Part shown: piece after piece, positions 25,465 to 38,374 of the stretch
How the letters are laid out: every line of letters begins with the position of its first letter
Position numbering within the stretch: position 1 is the stretch's first letter
DNA from: Camelus dromedarius
Taxonomy: Eukaryota
Direction: 5' to 3'
NCBI RefSeq assembly: GCF_036321535.1
Contig: NC_087436.1
Coordinates: 107,386,001 to 107,450,000 of the forward strand
DNA length: 64,000 bases
Position numbers and translations under genes: made by a program
Notes under the pieces: generated by a model
What the model was told of the DNA's origin: nothing
Databases searched by the model: none
Seen by the model: the letters and a program-made list of their open reading frames with translations, nothing else

Positions 25465-26348
25465 TAATTAACATACAACATTATATTAGTTTCAGGTGTA
25501 CAACGTAGTGATTCAATACTTGCAGACATTGTGAAATGATCACCACAGTAAGTCTAGTTGCCATCACCACACAAAGTTATGACAATATTATTGACTGTAT
25601 TCCTCATGCTGTACTTCACATCTCCATGACATTTATTTTATAACTGGAGGTTTGTACTTCCTTACCCTGGCTTACTCATTTCACCCCATCCCACCCCCCA
25701 TCCCTCTGGCAACCACTGATCTGTTCTCTGTATCTATGAGTCTGAGTCTGACTTGGTTTGGTTTGATTGTCTTGTTTTTTATCTTTCTATTTCTTTAAGT
25801 CATCTCCAATTTCCTTAATCAATGTTTTGTAGTTCTCTGTGTATAAGTCTTTCACCTCCTTGGTCAGATTTATTCCTAAATATTTTACTGTTCTGGATAT
25901 GATTTTAAAAGGGATTGCTTCTTTACTCTCTGTCTTGTTTTTTAGATTCTACATATAATTAAAATAGTATGATATTTGTCTTTCTCTGTCTGACTTAGTT
26001 CACATTATACCCTCAAGCTCCAACCATGTTGTTGTAATTGGCAAGATTTCAGGGTTTTTTATGTCTGAGTAGTATTCCATTGCATACTACTTACATATGC
26101 ACCACATCTTCTTTATCCATTCACCCATCAATGGACACCTATCTTGTTTCCATATTTTGACTATTGTGAATAACGCTGCAGTAAATGTAGGAGTGTGAAT
26201 ATCTTTTCAAATTAGTGTTTTTATTTTCTTCAGATTGATACCCAGTAGTGAAATTACTAGATCATACAGTAAACCTACTTTTAACTTCTTGAGAAAACTC
26301 CATGTTGTTTTCCATAGTGGCTGCACTAATTTACATGCCCACCAACAG
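25465..26348 (-). mobile_element. L1 3' UTR plus ORF2 end
   Basis: acatacaacattatattagtttcaggtgtacaac...tttctctgtctgactt...ttccatagtggctgcactaatttacatgcccaccaacagtg. Confidence 0.9.
25782..25930 (-). mobile_element. internal L1 ORF2 fragment nested in the L1 3' UTR
   Basis: gtctttcacctccttggtcagatttattcctaaatatttt is antisense ORF2 RT region; flanked by identical tgtcttgtttttta at 25768-25781 and 25931-25944. Confidence 0.8.
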
Positions 26349-26500
26349 TGATAAAAGAAATTTGGGAAGACACAAATAAATGGAAAGATATCCAGTGTTC
26401 ATGGACTGGGAAAATTAATATGGTTAAAATAACCACACTACCCAAAGCAATCTACAGAATCAGTGCAATTCCTATCAAAAGTCCAGTGGCATTTTCCACT
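26349..26500 (+). mobile_element. inverted L1 ORF2 segment
   Basis: Translates [43 protein letters not shown], a recognisable L1 ORF2 stretch. Confidence 0.9.
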
Positions 26501-26649
26501 CTCCCTTTTTATTGGATACCAGCAGTTGCAGAGATCATTTTGTTTGGAGCTCTGATTTCTTATTTCCTGGACTATTAACACCTTTATTTAAAAAAAAAAA
26601 AAAAAAAAACCTTTATCCCCCAGAGACTGCTTGCCATGTATAAGAGATG

Positions 26650-26765
26650 CTCACAGTCTCTTTCCAAGGGTAGATTGTAAGCTCTTTGAGTACTTGGGCC
26701 CTGTCTTAACTATCCTGACATCTACAAAGGACCTGAACTTGCACTCTGATAGTTCTCTTGAGTAA
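26650..26765 (+). mobile_element. L2 3' end
   Basis: tagattgtaagctctttgagtacttgggccctgtctt. Confidence 0.55.
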
Positions 26766-26820
26766 GGCAGGTGAGGAGGGAAGGGAGGATTAGAAGGAAA
26801 GAGACAAGGTTTGGCTAATG

Positions 26821-26862
26821 CAAAAACAAAACAAAACAAAACAACCAAACAAGCAAACAAAA
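26821..26862 (+). repeat. (CAAAA)n simple repeat
   Basis: Directly visible. Confidence 0.9.
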
Positions 26863-27654
26863 GACTACTGCTTTTCCCAGCTCTCTAAGCACACATTTTT
26901 CTCAAATTCGTTTTCCATGAATCATCTTGGTTATTCTCTTTTTCAACTTGATATCTCTTTTTATCTTTTTTAAAATCATAAATTAGATAAACTATCATTC
27001 AGATGTGATTCAGATGTAGTCCATCAGCAAAATTTAATTTTCTGTTAGTGGACAAGCCCAGACCCTAGACATCATGATTTGTGGCCTGTTCATGGTGTAT
27101 GTAAGTCACTCCAGTGAAACAATTCAACAAGCTGGATCTAATGCCCTTGACAAGCATCACATCAGTGGGTGGATGTACCTATTGACAGAATGATGTAAAA
27201 AGAAAACAAAGAAAAGGAGAATATTGGTTGTTCTTATCTACAGAGAGCTTCTTAGAGATTATTTCTGCTTTCCTTATCTTTATACAGAAGGAATTTAAGA
27301 CACTTGCTACCAACTGCTAACACCAATGAGAGTAGATCATGGAACCATTGCCTGGTATTTGCTCTCACCATGCGCAACTCAAGGTTGGCTAGAAGGTGCT
27401 CATAGAAGAATCAGAATGTTACAGAGGCCTGCTTAACAGCTACTGGAAAATCTATAAATCTGAATTGTTACTTTCAAATAAATCACTGTATAGATATACA
27501 TTGTGATTAGATTATTATTAGATTGTTACGAAGCATTATTCTGGTCAAGCCCAGAAATAATTGTCTTTAAGATGTTGCTTATTTTGCATTTACACTAACT
27601 AACCAACCCCCCCGCCCCCCCCAAAAAAAAACCTCTTGCTCTTGGGAAAACAGT

Positions 27655-27870
27655 AAGGCATGGTGACACAAGGTTTCACAGACATGCCCTCCTCCATGAG
27701 TTCAAATCCGGGCTCTGCCACTTAAAGCTACAAGTACTCAGGGCAAACTAGGCTTCCATTACCTTATTTATAAAATGGAAAAGATACCTACTTTGGATAG
27801 TTGTTAGGATTACTTTATCTCATTCACAGAGAACATTCATAACTGTGCCTGATATATATAATCGTTTCTG
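27655..27870 (+). mobile_element. MIR SINE
   Basis: gagttcaaatccgggctctgccactta...taaaatggaaaagatacctac...gttgttaggatta. Confidence 0.75.
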
Positions 27871-28329
27871 TTAGCTTTTATCGTTTACGCGGGAACAGAC
27901 ATTGCAGACTTTTATCAATTTCTTTCTGGGAAGAAGAACAAGATGATCTGAAGAAGAAAACAAAGAAATGTACAATGCCGGTACTCACTGTGAGGATTCT
28001 CAGAAGGCAGTGAGCCTGCAGTCAGAAGGTCTGAATGCACTCTGTAAGAACAGAGTGAGTTTAGGAATAACTCTTAAAATCTCTGTTACTCAAGGGTCCT
28101 CATCTGCTGGCATCCATGATTAATCAGGATCAAATGAATCCTTAGCTGAAAACTCATAAACTGAAAAATGTGATACAAAAGTCAGTTTGGTTGTTTGTCT
28201 CAGTGTTGATTTTTACCACAATTATTCCGACAATGGTTTTTATTAAAGGGTGTTACAAATTAATTCTGTATCAACTTCCAACTTCTTAAAGCACAGTTGT
28301 GTTCCTGTCTCTCCACCAGTGGTTTCCAC

Positions 28330-28900
28330 AAGTAAAATAAAGTTCCTTTGCCTGACAGTCAAGGCTTTTCTGGAACTAGAAACCATCCTTTCTCAGTCTT
28401 ATTTCCCCAAGTCTGGTCAAACTGAGTGATGAGTCATGATGTCTGTTTACAGACTGAATATTCATTTATTCCTTTTCTAATGTTATTCCCGACACGTGGA
28501 AGGCTTTTCCCTCTCCATCTCCATCTGTCCAAGTCTTACTCATCCTCCAAGGTTCAAATGTCACTCCTATGAGATCTTATCTAATTCTCCCAGAGTCAGC
28601 AGTACTTTCTTACTTCTCTGAACTATGCCGGTGCTTTACTTATGATGTCATGGGAAATCAAAGCCACTGAATGTTAACAGCCATAGCAAATGACTTACTC
28701 TTCCCCAAATCAGCTCTGCTCTTCTCTCCTGGACGCGTTTACATGTGCTTGTTCTACAGTCTACATGCCCTCCGTCTTCTCACTCACCTACAGGGCTGCT
28801 AACCCTACAAATCTTAGTCCAAGAGCTACTTTGTCAGCCAGGACTCCCCCAGGCAGGGTTGAGTAAACCCTTCCTACCATCTCATAGCACCCAACAGCCT
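28330..28900 (+). mobile_element. L2 fragments
   Basis: aaagttcctttgcctgacagtcaaggc...ctgtccaagtcttactcatcctccaaggttcaaatgtcactcc. Confidence 0.55.
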
Positions 28901-29229
28901 GAACAATTCAAAAAGCCTAATAGAAGGTTTCATTTCTGACACTTGACAACCCTGTGTTTGAATCCTAGCCTAGTCACTTATTACCCTGATAATTTTGATT
29001 GTCAATTAAACCTATGCTAAACTCATTTACTCCACCAAAAATAGAGGAAGCAATTGAAAGAGAGAGAGAGAATATTAATGATGGGGAGAAACGAGTGCAA
29101 CAGCTTGCAAAGCCATGAGAACTTGCAGCATTGTTTACAAAGCACACAGCACACTTAGGGAATAAATAGCATACATATCTTCACATGACTCTGTGTTAGT
29201 TCTCACTAATATATCACAATTGCTTTTTT

Positions 29230-29394
29230 GAGGAGGGGAGGATATAGCTCAGTGGTAGAGTGCATGCTTAGCATGCATGAGGTCCTGGGTTTAATCCCCA
29301 GTATTTCTATTTTTAAAAAATAAATAAATAAACCTAACTGCCTCCTCCTAAAAAACCCTAAAAATAAACATTAAGCAAATAAATAAATAAGTAA
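29230..29394 (+). mobile_element. camelid tRNA-derived SINE (Vic-1 type), long-tail form
   Basis: ggggaggatatagctcagtggtagagtgcatgcttagcatgcatgaggtcctgggtttaatccccagta; exact 14-bp TSD acaattgctttttt at 29216-29229 and 29395-29408. Confidence 0.92.
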
Positions 29395-29454
29395 ACAATT
29401 GCTTTTTTATCTATGTTCCCTTTGTGTCATGAGCCCCTGGAAAGTAGCTATCAC

Positions 29455-29695
29455 GGAGCAGAAGACACTTAGAGCCTGAAACACACACACCTGGGTTAGA
29501 ACATCAGCTGTGTTACTTACAAGCCGTGGGCCACTGAGCAGGATCCTCCATCTCTTTATGCCTCAACTTCACAGTCTGTAATATGCAGGTGATATTAGCT
29601 GTGTGGGAGGGTTGCTGTAAGGATCCAATGAGTATAAACAAGAAGCTCAGAAAAAGACATAGGACATAGCAACTTCTCAACATATGAGAGTTATT
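29455..29695 (+). mobile_element. MIR SINE
   Basis: cctgggttagaacatcagctgtgttactta...gcctcaacttcacagtctgtaa...gggttgctgtaaggat. Confidence 0.7.
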
Positions 29696-30984
29696 ATTTC
29701 TCTGGTAGCAATAAACACAGTATACAGTATACAGCAGCTAAACATAGAACACAGTAGATGCTAAATAAATGTGTCTTGAATGAAGAAATGAGAAGTCTAT
29801 AAAATACTATACAGATGCTAATAATTATTGTCGTTGACTTGATGAAATTATTTCAGCTCCAAGAGACTGTTCTCAGCTTTGCTGGGTAGAAAATTTGATT
29901 TCACCATTCACTCTAGTCCCTGTGAACTGAGCTCCAGGAGGCAGATAAAAGGCATTCCATCTTATCTCAAAATGTGCTGGAACATATACCTGGACCAATC
30001 GTCAAAACTTATTTGTAGGCCATGAGATAATCTATCAAATTATCTATCAGCAATCTCCCTGTAGGTCAAGACAACAACAACAAAAATGTTGCATCTGATA
30101 CTCTTCTGGAAATTTTTTTTTCCTAAATACCCTTCTCAGTCTCTACAATCAACCACGACATTTGTTGATGGTCTCGAGTTTGGCATTGAAAGCAAGAGCT
30201 TTCAACTAACTCTTCTTAAGAGTCTTCCTAGGACTTCAAGGTGTTCACCACCTTGCCGGGTTCCCTGGAGAGATGACAAAGTACGAGGCAGGTTCCCTTC
30301 CTTCCAAGAGCACATAGTGTTCATAGCTAGTATTTTTAAATTAAATAGGGAATAAAGAGGAGCTACTGATTAGAATTGGAGCCCACTGGTTCTCAGTTTA
30401 AGGCTGAAAACAGGACATATTTTTACTCCAGGTCACAGTTTTTCATTATGACCAGAATCTTCTGATTCCCCAGTATTCCATGTATTGCAATAGCATGTAT
30501 TCAATTTCAACACCAAGTTTTCTAGGAAAGATGTTTTCAATGGGCCGTCTCTGTTTCTTGCTTATCTCATGTATGTTCCTGACATCTTAGCAGAGGGTGT
30601 CATGACTCTGACACGTTTCACTTTCTGCAGATCCTAATGTCTTTCCCAGCATCCACATTATCTTGTCTGTTCACTCACTTCACACATGGCAGCATTAAAA
30701 GTAATAGTGAGCTTCAGTGTTAACAAGGAAATGAAGCACCCTGTTATTATTTCTGACTCTCACTGGAAGAACTTTTAAGACATTTAATTTAGTTTTGGGT
30801 TTTTGAACTGTAAGTTACCTATTTCATAAAATTTATGCTATTGTGTGCCTCTCCTAAATTTTCCTTAAATTACTGATTCTTTGAAGCCGCTTCATTTTCA
30901 TTATTTTTCACTTGTATGATGTTAAATTTATTCTATGTAAATGATTTGTATCTTTACCTTATCTCCCCTGAATCAGGCAACATT

Positions 30985-31200
30985 TTCAAGTGCTTAATAT
31001 GTACCAGACACTGTTCTATATCATTTAACCCTCACGCAACAACCATATAAGATATGAGTATTATGAACCCCGTCTCACAGCTAAGAAAACATAGGTTCAT
31101 TAAGGGTATATCATTTGCCCAAGTACCTACAGCCAAGATACAGAAGAGCAAACTTGGAATTTGGCTTCTCTGACTCCAAATCCTGAGTCTTTACTTACTA
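30985..31200 (-). mobile_element. MIR SINE
   Basis: tgtaccagacactgttcta...tcatttaaccctcac...atttgcccaagtacctacagc...tctgactccaaa. Confidence 0.75.
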
Positions 31201-31360
31201 TGTCTTAGCAGCTTCCCTACCAGACTGAGTATTTCTCTAGAACAGAAACAATATATTGCTCTGATTTCTGTATCTCTTTCTAATACCTCGCACAGAGGCT
31301 CTTGCCTGGTAGCTGCTGCTTTTGTTTTTTTTTTTTTTTTTGATATCTTCTTAATAAATA

Positions 31361-31464
31361 CAGAAGAAGGAGGAGGTGGAGGAGGAAGAGGAAGAGGAGG
31401 AGGACAAGAAGAAGGGAAAAGGAAAAGAAAAGAAAGAGAGAAGAGAGAAGGGGGAGAGGGGAAG
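31361..31464 (+). repeat. polypurine (GA-rich) low-complexity tract
   Basis: About 100 nt of almost only G and A. Confidence 0.9.
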
Positions 31465-31769
31465 ATGGATTCCAAGAATGGTATAGTGACGTAATAAGGT
31501 TCCTCCTTTCTTGAAGGCATCCCTCGGCTTCTCTCAACACCTGGGGCTCCAGCCAACAGTGCCCACTCACTGTGGGGGGTGGGGATGAACTTGGGAGGTG
31601 GGCAGGCAAACCATTTCTAATTTTCTGCATGGATGCCTTAGTTACTATTAAGATATTGTCAAAGAGAAGTAATTTCAAAGAAGAGAAGCTAGCCTGATTA
31701 AGAAGTTCGATGAAGATTGACTTTTGAGAACAATTAAAAGATCAGAGGAAAAAGAAAAGATTAAGATTG

Positions 31770-31990
31770 GGGGCCGATAAAGGGACCCCTCCACCGTCAG
31801 AGTGGCGGAGGATGGCTGCCGGTGGGCACGGCCCAGAGCCTTTTACTGACAACACCTTTCGTGACAGCAGTCACAGCACGAGCGTGCGCGGTCGGTCAGC
31901 CTGCCCAAGGCCGAGCGCGCCCGGGGTAGCTGTGATTCTGATACGCTTGATGCCTCTTCAGACCCTGAGGGCCTCTGTTGAATCACGCAG
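31770..31990. promoter_or_regulatory. small CpG-rich cluster, possible regulatory element
   Basis: Roughly 18 CpGs in about 220 bp (cacgagcgtgcgcggtcgg, gccgagcgcgccccgggg) in an otherwise CpG-poor window. Confidence 0.4.
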
Positions 31991-33849
31991 CCTCCCTGCT
32001 CACCTGGTCTCTTGCTGGCCCACTCAGGACTTGGACCCTAATTGTAGGACCCGGTCCCACTCCTTCAATCCTGTGAATTGATTTTTTTCTCTCCTTAAGA
32101 TATTTGCTGAGAATGAAGAAACCATCCCAAACAATTCTCACTTAAACAAGAGAGTTCTGACTCTTATCCAAGGGCATTACCACATGTCGAGCTCCTCGAC
32201 TGTGGAAGTCCTTGGCCGACTGTCCAGATTCCTCTGAACACACTTTGCTTCCGGCCAGGGCTGCCCAGTTGTTGGTGGCCTGACATCTGCCCTTAGGCGT
32301 GTGTCCAAGATAGGATGTCAATGACTGGTCCTCTAGGGACAAACTGACATATAGATCCAAACCCTTTGAACTCTGCAAATCCTGTTTCCACGTCTGGGTT
32401 TTATAACTTCGGTAGCACTTGAAAGCTGTCACTCAAAATGGACTCTGACCCTTCATTCTCTGGTCAGCCCAAGTGGCTCTAAATGTGCCCTTAACACTCA
32501 CAAGTCAGGAGAAAGCTGTCGGATCGGCCATTACCAGAACTGCAGCCCATAGGAAACGCCTAGAAATTTCTACTACAGTTAAAATATTGGGCATCCCTGA
32601 GAGAGACAGGGACTAGAAAACGAGTCAGCAGGCAATGAGAGGGTCCCTTTCAGCTGTTTTTTTTCCCCTTACTTTCCTCAGAGTAAGAAACAAAGTCTTG
32701 AGTTTCAAAATTCCACACTTTTACAGAAAAAGGGATAATGATCTTGCCACCCTAGGAGCTCATACTGACAAAAGGAAAGTGTTTGCATTACCGTACACAC
32801 GTGTGCTCAGTGTTTATGGAATCCTCACGTGGTAAGGAAGAGCCATAATGTCTTTCTCAGTTTACGCCAAGAAATGTGAAACTCAAAGTGACAACAGTTT
32901 GCACCTTGCCACTTACCACCACAATCCAAGTAATAATCTTCAGCTTTTAGAAACCCCAAAAAGTATGTCTGCTTGAGGAAAGAGGGTCAGGCCAGAAACA
33001 CACAACAGGACTTGGAATTAGACCTTAGAATCACATTGTGTTCTAACGTCACATCTGCCTCTCTGAACGCAGTAAACCCTCAAATAGTCCTAAATTAACA
33101 TTCCTTTGTTACGCATCCTTCCGAAAGATACTCTGTGGGTGAGTATTAGGCAACTTAAAATAACTTTTACTTTTTTCTTATGTCTAAAAGGAATGAAGAA
33201 TTACTGTAGATACATTAGCAAGAACAGAGAAACAAAAATAAGAAAAGAAAAATCCTACTTCCGAAGGGAGTTAACATTTAACACTTGGAGCACATCCTGT
33301 GCCTGAGTGGACTACGTTTGGTTCATTTAAATATGAGAAGCCCATTTCATTACATCTTTCTTCACAGTGTTCTTCAGTAAAACACAAAATGACTTTAAAA
33401 AAAATAAAAAATAAAAAACCACTCTTTCTATCTACAGGGTAGATCTGAGGGAGCAAAAAGAGGGGACCCGAATGTATTGGCATACACATAGAGAGTCAAA
33501 GAGGACATTTCAAAACTAAAGGGGACTTAAAACCAAATATGGTGAAATGACTACTTATTTACTTTGTGTTCAATGCATGCTTCTTTTCAATATTCTAATG
33601 AATAACAAGGTGGGGATGAATTCACAAAGTCAAAAAAAAAATGGGAAAAGAGATGACAGCAATAAACATTGAGAAGATAGAAAGTGTATGGACTGGTAGT
33701 AACACACTTAGCAAAACGGAGAAAAACATGGAAGCCAGCCCAGAAGAAAGCTGATTTAGTCCCTGGCATTCCAAAATCTAAACGTGAGATTACAGGTAAG
33801 GTTGGAAACTGGAGAGTTTGTTGAAAATTTGTCTAATAAGAAGCAAGAA

Positions 33850-34072
33850 CCAATAATGTGCTGGTACCCAGCTCTCTACCTTCCCCCTGCCCCTCTGATA
33901 ACCATCCTCCACCAAATCACACACACACACAGAGTCCTGTTTCCCAATTTTCATGGTGTAAATACCCCCACCATAGCTAATTTCAAGCTACTAATATAAT
34001 GTTACTGAACACAGGCTTGGGAAGGGAACACGCCACCTCCAGAGAGCAGTTCAAGCTGGCTTTAGCGCATCT
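33850..34072. mobile_element. MER63-like hAT DNA transposon
   Basis: ccaattttcatggtgtaaatacccccaccatagctaatttcaagctac...actgaacacaggcttgggaag. Confidence 0.7.
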
Positions 34073-34514
34073 CCGGTTTGACCCTATTCAGCAGCAGAGG
34101 AAATAGCCTTTTTCTGCAGCTATTCTATGAAGACATTCCAGAGAGACACAGGACTTGGAGACTTGAGGCTCAGTTAGGGGGAGGCACAGCACTGAAAAGG
34201 ACTACAGGGACATGTGTTTATGGTACAGCCCCCTTTTCCTCTTGGTTTCCAGAGCTGCCTCCTGGACGGAGACTGAAGAATCCCTTTAAGGGTAAGCTGA
34301 AACCCAAGAAGAAAGATCAATAGACACAGCATTTGGGGAGTTTCTCAAGGAAAGAGGGCAGCCACATCCCACCAAAGTGAAGCCTTTAACTGGCATGCTT
34401 CACTCTCGCCCAGGGCTTCCAGTCAGTGTTTCAGGGTAACACTTTGTAAAATGAACAGAAAACCACATTAGTGTTGGTAGTATTAGTATTGCTATCATTA
34501 ATACTATTGTGCTA

Positions 34515-34890
34515 AGTATTATGTAAGTGAAACAAGTTAGACAGAGAAAAACAAATACTGCGTGATACCACTTCTATGTGGAATCTAAAATACAATAAGT
34601 CAGTGAAAATAATAAAAAAGAAGCAGACTCACAGATCTAAAGAACAAAGTAGTGGTTACCAGTGGGGAGAGGGAAGGGAGGAGGGGCACTATAGGGTGAA
34701 GGATTAAGAGGTACAAGCTATTCTGTATAAAATAAGCTACAAAGATATATTGCACAACACAGGGAATATAGCCAATATTTTACAATAACTGTAAATGGAG
34801 TATAAACTCTAAAAATTGTGAATCATTATATAGTACACCTATAACTTACATAATATTATACAACTATACTCAATAAAAATTGCAATTAAA
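34515..34890 (+). mobile_element. L1 3' end
   Basis: aagtgaaacaagttagacagagaaaaacaaatactg...gtggttaccagtggggagaggg...caacacagggaatatagccaatatttt...caataaaaa. Confidence 0.9.
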
Positions 34891-35059
34891 AATATATTGC
34901 TATTTCGAAACTACTGGGTATAATATGGGATAAAGTGCAAGCGTACTGTGCGGTATTCAGTCGTCCTCCGTGTCTCTGAGAACTAGGATTCTTAATGTAG
35001 AAGAAAGGAGATTAAATGTAATATAGAAGTTAAATTCTCACATTGATGGTCAGTGATTT

Positions 35060-36298
35060 GAGGGCAAAGATTTCAGGGCAAATCAATGGAGAAAAGAAAA
35101 TACCAAGACAATTGGATACTTACATGTCAAGAATGTAAACTTGGATTCATATTCACACCATATATAAAAATTAACTCAGAGTAGATCACAGACATAAATG
35201 TTGGAGCTAAAACTACAAAAATTCTAGAGGAAAGCATAGAAGGTAATCTTTGTGACTTTAGATTAGAGAAATATTTCTTAGACATGATATCGAAAGTAGA
35301 ATCCATAAGAGAAAGAATTAATTGGGTATTCTTGATAAATTTCACCAAAAATAAGATCTTTCTGCCTTCAAAATTCACAGCTAAATAATGAAAAGGGAAT
35401 ACAGAGACTGGGATAAGTTATCTGACAGAGGAATTTTATTCAGTATATAAAAAGAATTCTTGAAACTCAATAAGAAGCCAAACAATCCAGTTTAAAAAAA
35501 AATAGACAAAAGATTTGAATGGACATAAAGGAAAATATATACATGATTGATAAACACTGAAAAGATGTTCAATATCAGTAATCCTCAGAGAAGAGCAAAT
35601 TAAAACTATGTGAGCCAGAGTATAATCAAAAACACTGACTGTACCAAAGATTAGTGAGGATATGAAAAATCTGGGTCTCCAATGCTTTGCTAGTGAAAAA
35701 CAGTTTGGAAACTTTGGGAACCAATGTGGCTGTTTCTTAAAAAGTTAAGACATAGACTTAACACACAACCCAGTAATTCCATCAAGTAAGTATTACTTCA
35801 GAGAAATGAAAACTATGTCCACCCAACGATGTAAATGACCATAGCATCATTATTCATAATAACCCCAAACTGGCAACAACCCAAGTATCTATCCACTGGT
35901 ATACAGACAAACAAAGCTGGTATATGCATACAATGGAATACTAGTCACGAATAAAAGAGAATAGATTACTTTTACATACTATAGCATGAATGAGCCTCAG
36001 AAACATTATTATTCATGGAAAAAGTTGGACACAAATGACTACAAATATTGTATGATGTAAATGGAATTTCCAGAAAAGCAAATTCTTAGACAGAAAGCAG
36101 ATCAGTGATTCCCTAGGACTGTACTGGTCCAGTGTAAATAGACACAAAGGAACTATTTTGGTTGATAAAATGTTCAAAACCTGGGTTATGGAGATGGTTG
36201 CACAACTGTGTAAATTTATTAAAAATTATTACATTGTTGTTATAATAGGTGAATTTTATTGTATGTAAATTATACCTCAGTAAAGCTGTTAAAACATA
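35060..36298 (+). mobile_element. old L1 (L1MB/MC) ORF2 3' part plus 3' UTR
   Basis: cacaccatatataaaaattaactcagagtagatcacagac...aaaagatttgaatggaca...gtatgtaaattatacctcagtaaagctgtt. Confidence 0.85.
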
Positions 36299-36768
36299 AA
36301 GAGAGAGACTCAAAAAGCATGTTAAATAAGTAAGCAAGGATGAATTGTGATGTCCAGCATGAACTCTTTGGTGACAAATCTAGGAAGAAATATAAAGAAG
36401 TGATTATCATTCCATTTTTTCATTTCACATTTATTCAAAATTCCCTTAGTGTTCACATCACATTGGGTAAAAAAAGACATCTTACTAAGAGATGGAAATT
36501 TCCTAATTTTAGAACTATCTGTTCCTACAGGGTTTCTTGCTTTTTGCGAAGTCTTCCATAGTTAACTCGAGAAGTCTGTGTAAATGTGTCACTGGACTCA
36601 TTAATTGAACTCTCACTTTCCATTGGCTGCACCATTTGCACCACTACCGATGCATAAGTATCCCTTTTTCTTTAATCCTCATCAATACTTGTTAACTTTT
36701 GACTTTTTGATAATAGCCATCCTAACAAGCACGAAGTGATACCTCAGTACTTCTGATTTGCATTCCCT

Positions 36769-37104
36769 TGTTGACCTAAAACAAATAGGCTGCCAGATAT
36801 TTCTCCCGTAAATGGGTTTATTCATGATTAGCAGGCAACAGCAATTCGAGGTCTGCAACCATGGTGAGCTGCAAGCAAGGTTCCCCATGGCAAGGGAAGG
36901 AGAACACTTTTATAGAGGGAAAAGGAAGTTGGGAAGGATTTGGTAAACAAAGAGTCCATGGCTTTTCATTGGCTGGGTTCTTGCCAGGAAAGAAGAGGAG
37001 GCTTTCTTCTTCCTGTTGGGCTCTGTTATCGCATGGTGTGAGATTTCCCTCTTCTGGTCTCCCAGCTCTATTTAACTGAGGTTTCTGTTTATTAATTTTT
37101 TATA
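36769..37104 (-). mobile_element. solo LTR (ERV1-like, about 336 bp) inserted in L1
   Basis: Starts TGTTG, ends TATA (decayed TACA); 4-bp TSD ccct/ctct splits the L1 motif gcattccct-gataattagtg; tttatt, ttttata and attgg give polyA, TATA and CCAAT on the minus strand. Confidence 0.75.
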
Positions 37105-37982
37105 CTCTGATAATTAGTGATGTTGAGCATCTTTTCATATACCTAATGGCCATTTGTATGTCTTCTTTGGCAAAATATCTATTCAGGTCCTTTGCCCACT
37201 TTTACATCGGGTAGGTTTTTATTTTTTGCTTTTCTTTTTGCTATTGAGTTGTGTTAGTTTCTTATATATTTTGAATATTAACCCAGTATTGGATATATGG
37301 TTGCAAATATTCTCTCCCATTCCATAGACTGCCTTTTCATTTTGTTGATTATTTCCTTTGCTGTGTTGAGACATTTTAGATTGATATAGTCCCACTTGCT
37401 TATTTTTGCTCTTCTTGCCTGTGCTTTTGGTGTCATTTGCAAAAAATCATTGCCAAGACCAGTGTCCAAGAGTTTTTCCTTTATGTTTTCTTGTAGTATT
37501 GTACAGTTTCAGGTCTTATGTTTAAGTCTTTAATCCATTTTGAGTTGACTTTTCTGTGTGGCATCAGGTAAGGGTCCAGTTTCATTTTCTGCTTGTGGAT
37601 ATCCAGTTCTCCCAACACCATATATTGAAGAGGCTTTCTTTTTTCCATTATATATTCTTGGTGAAATTGTCAAAAATTAGTTGACTGAATATACATGGGT
37701 TTATATCTGGGCTTTCTATTCTGTTCCATTGGTCTGTCTGTTTTTAAACAATACTATACTATTTTGGTTACTATAGCTTTGTAATATAATTTAGAATCAG
37801 AAAGTGTGATTATTCTTCTTTCTCAGGATTACTTTAGCTATTTGGGGTCTTTTATGGATCAATAAAAATATTAGGATTTTTTTCTATGTATTTCTGTGAA
37901 AAATGCTATTGAAATTTTGATAGGGATTGCACTGAATCTGTGGTTCACTTTGGGTAGAACTGACATTTTAACAACAATAATT

Positions 37983-38374
37983 ATATGATATTCATCTTTC
38001 TTTGTCTGACTTACTTGACTTTGTATGATAATTTCTAGGTCCATCCATGTTGCTGTAAATGCCATTATTTCATTTTTTATGGCTGAGTAGTATTCCATTA
38101 TATATATATATATTTATATATATATATATATATCACTTCTTTATCCCGTCATCTGTCAATGGACACTTAGGCTGCTTCCATGTCATAGCCATTATAAATA
38201 GTGCTGCTATGAACATTAGGGTGCATGTATCTTTTTGAATTAGACTTTTCTCCAGATATATGCACAGGAATATGAAAAACAATATAGATGTTTAAATGTA
38301 TGTATAACTGAATCACTATGCTGTACACCAGAAACTAACACAACATTGTAAATCAACTATATTTCAATTAAAAA
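37983..38374 (+). mobile_element. younger L1 with 5' inversion nested in the older L1
   Basis: 37983-38270 is antisense ORF2 end (MEYYSAIKNEIMAFTATWMDLE); 38270-38374 is the sense 3' tip with A tail. Confidence 0.85.

Noticed and set aside
31191..31678. Pro-rich and Leu-rich ORFs
   Set aside because: Translations of the GA-rich low-complexity tract.
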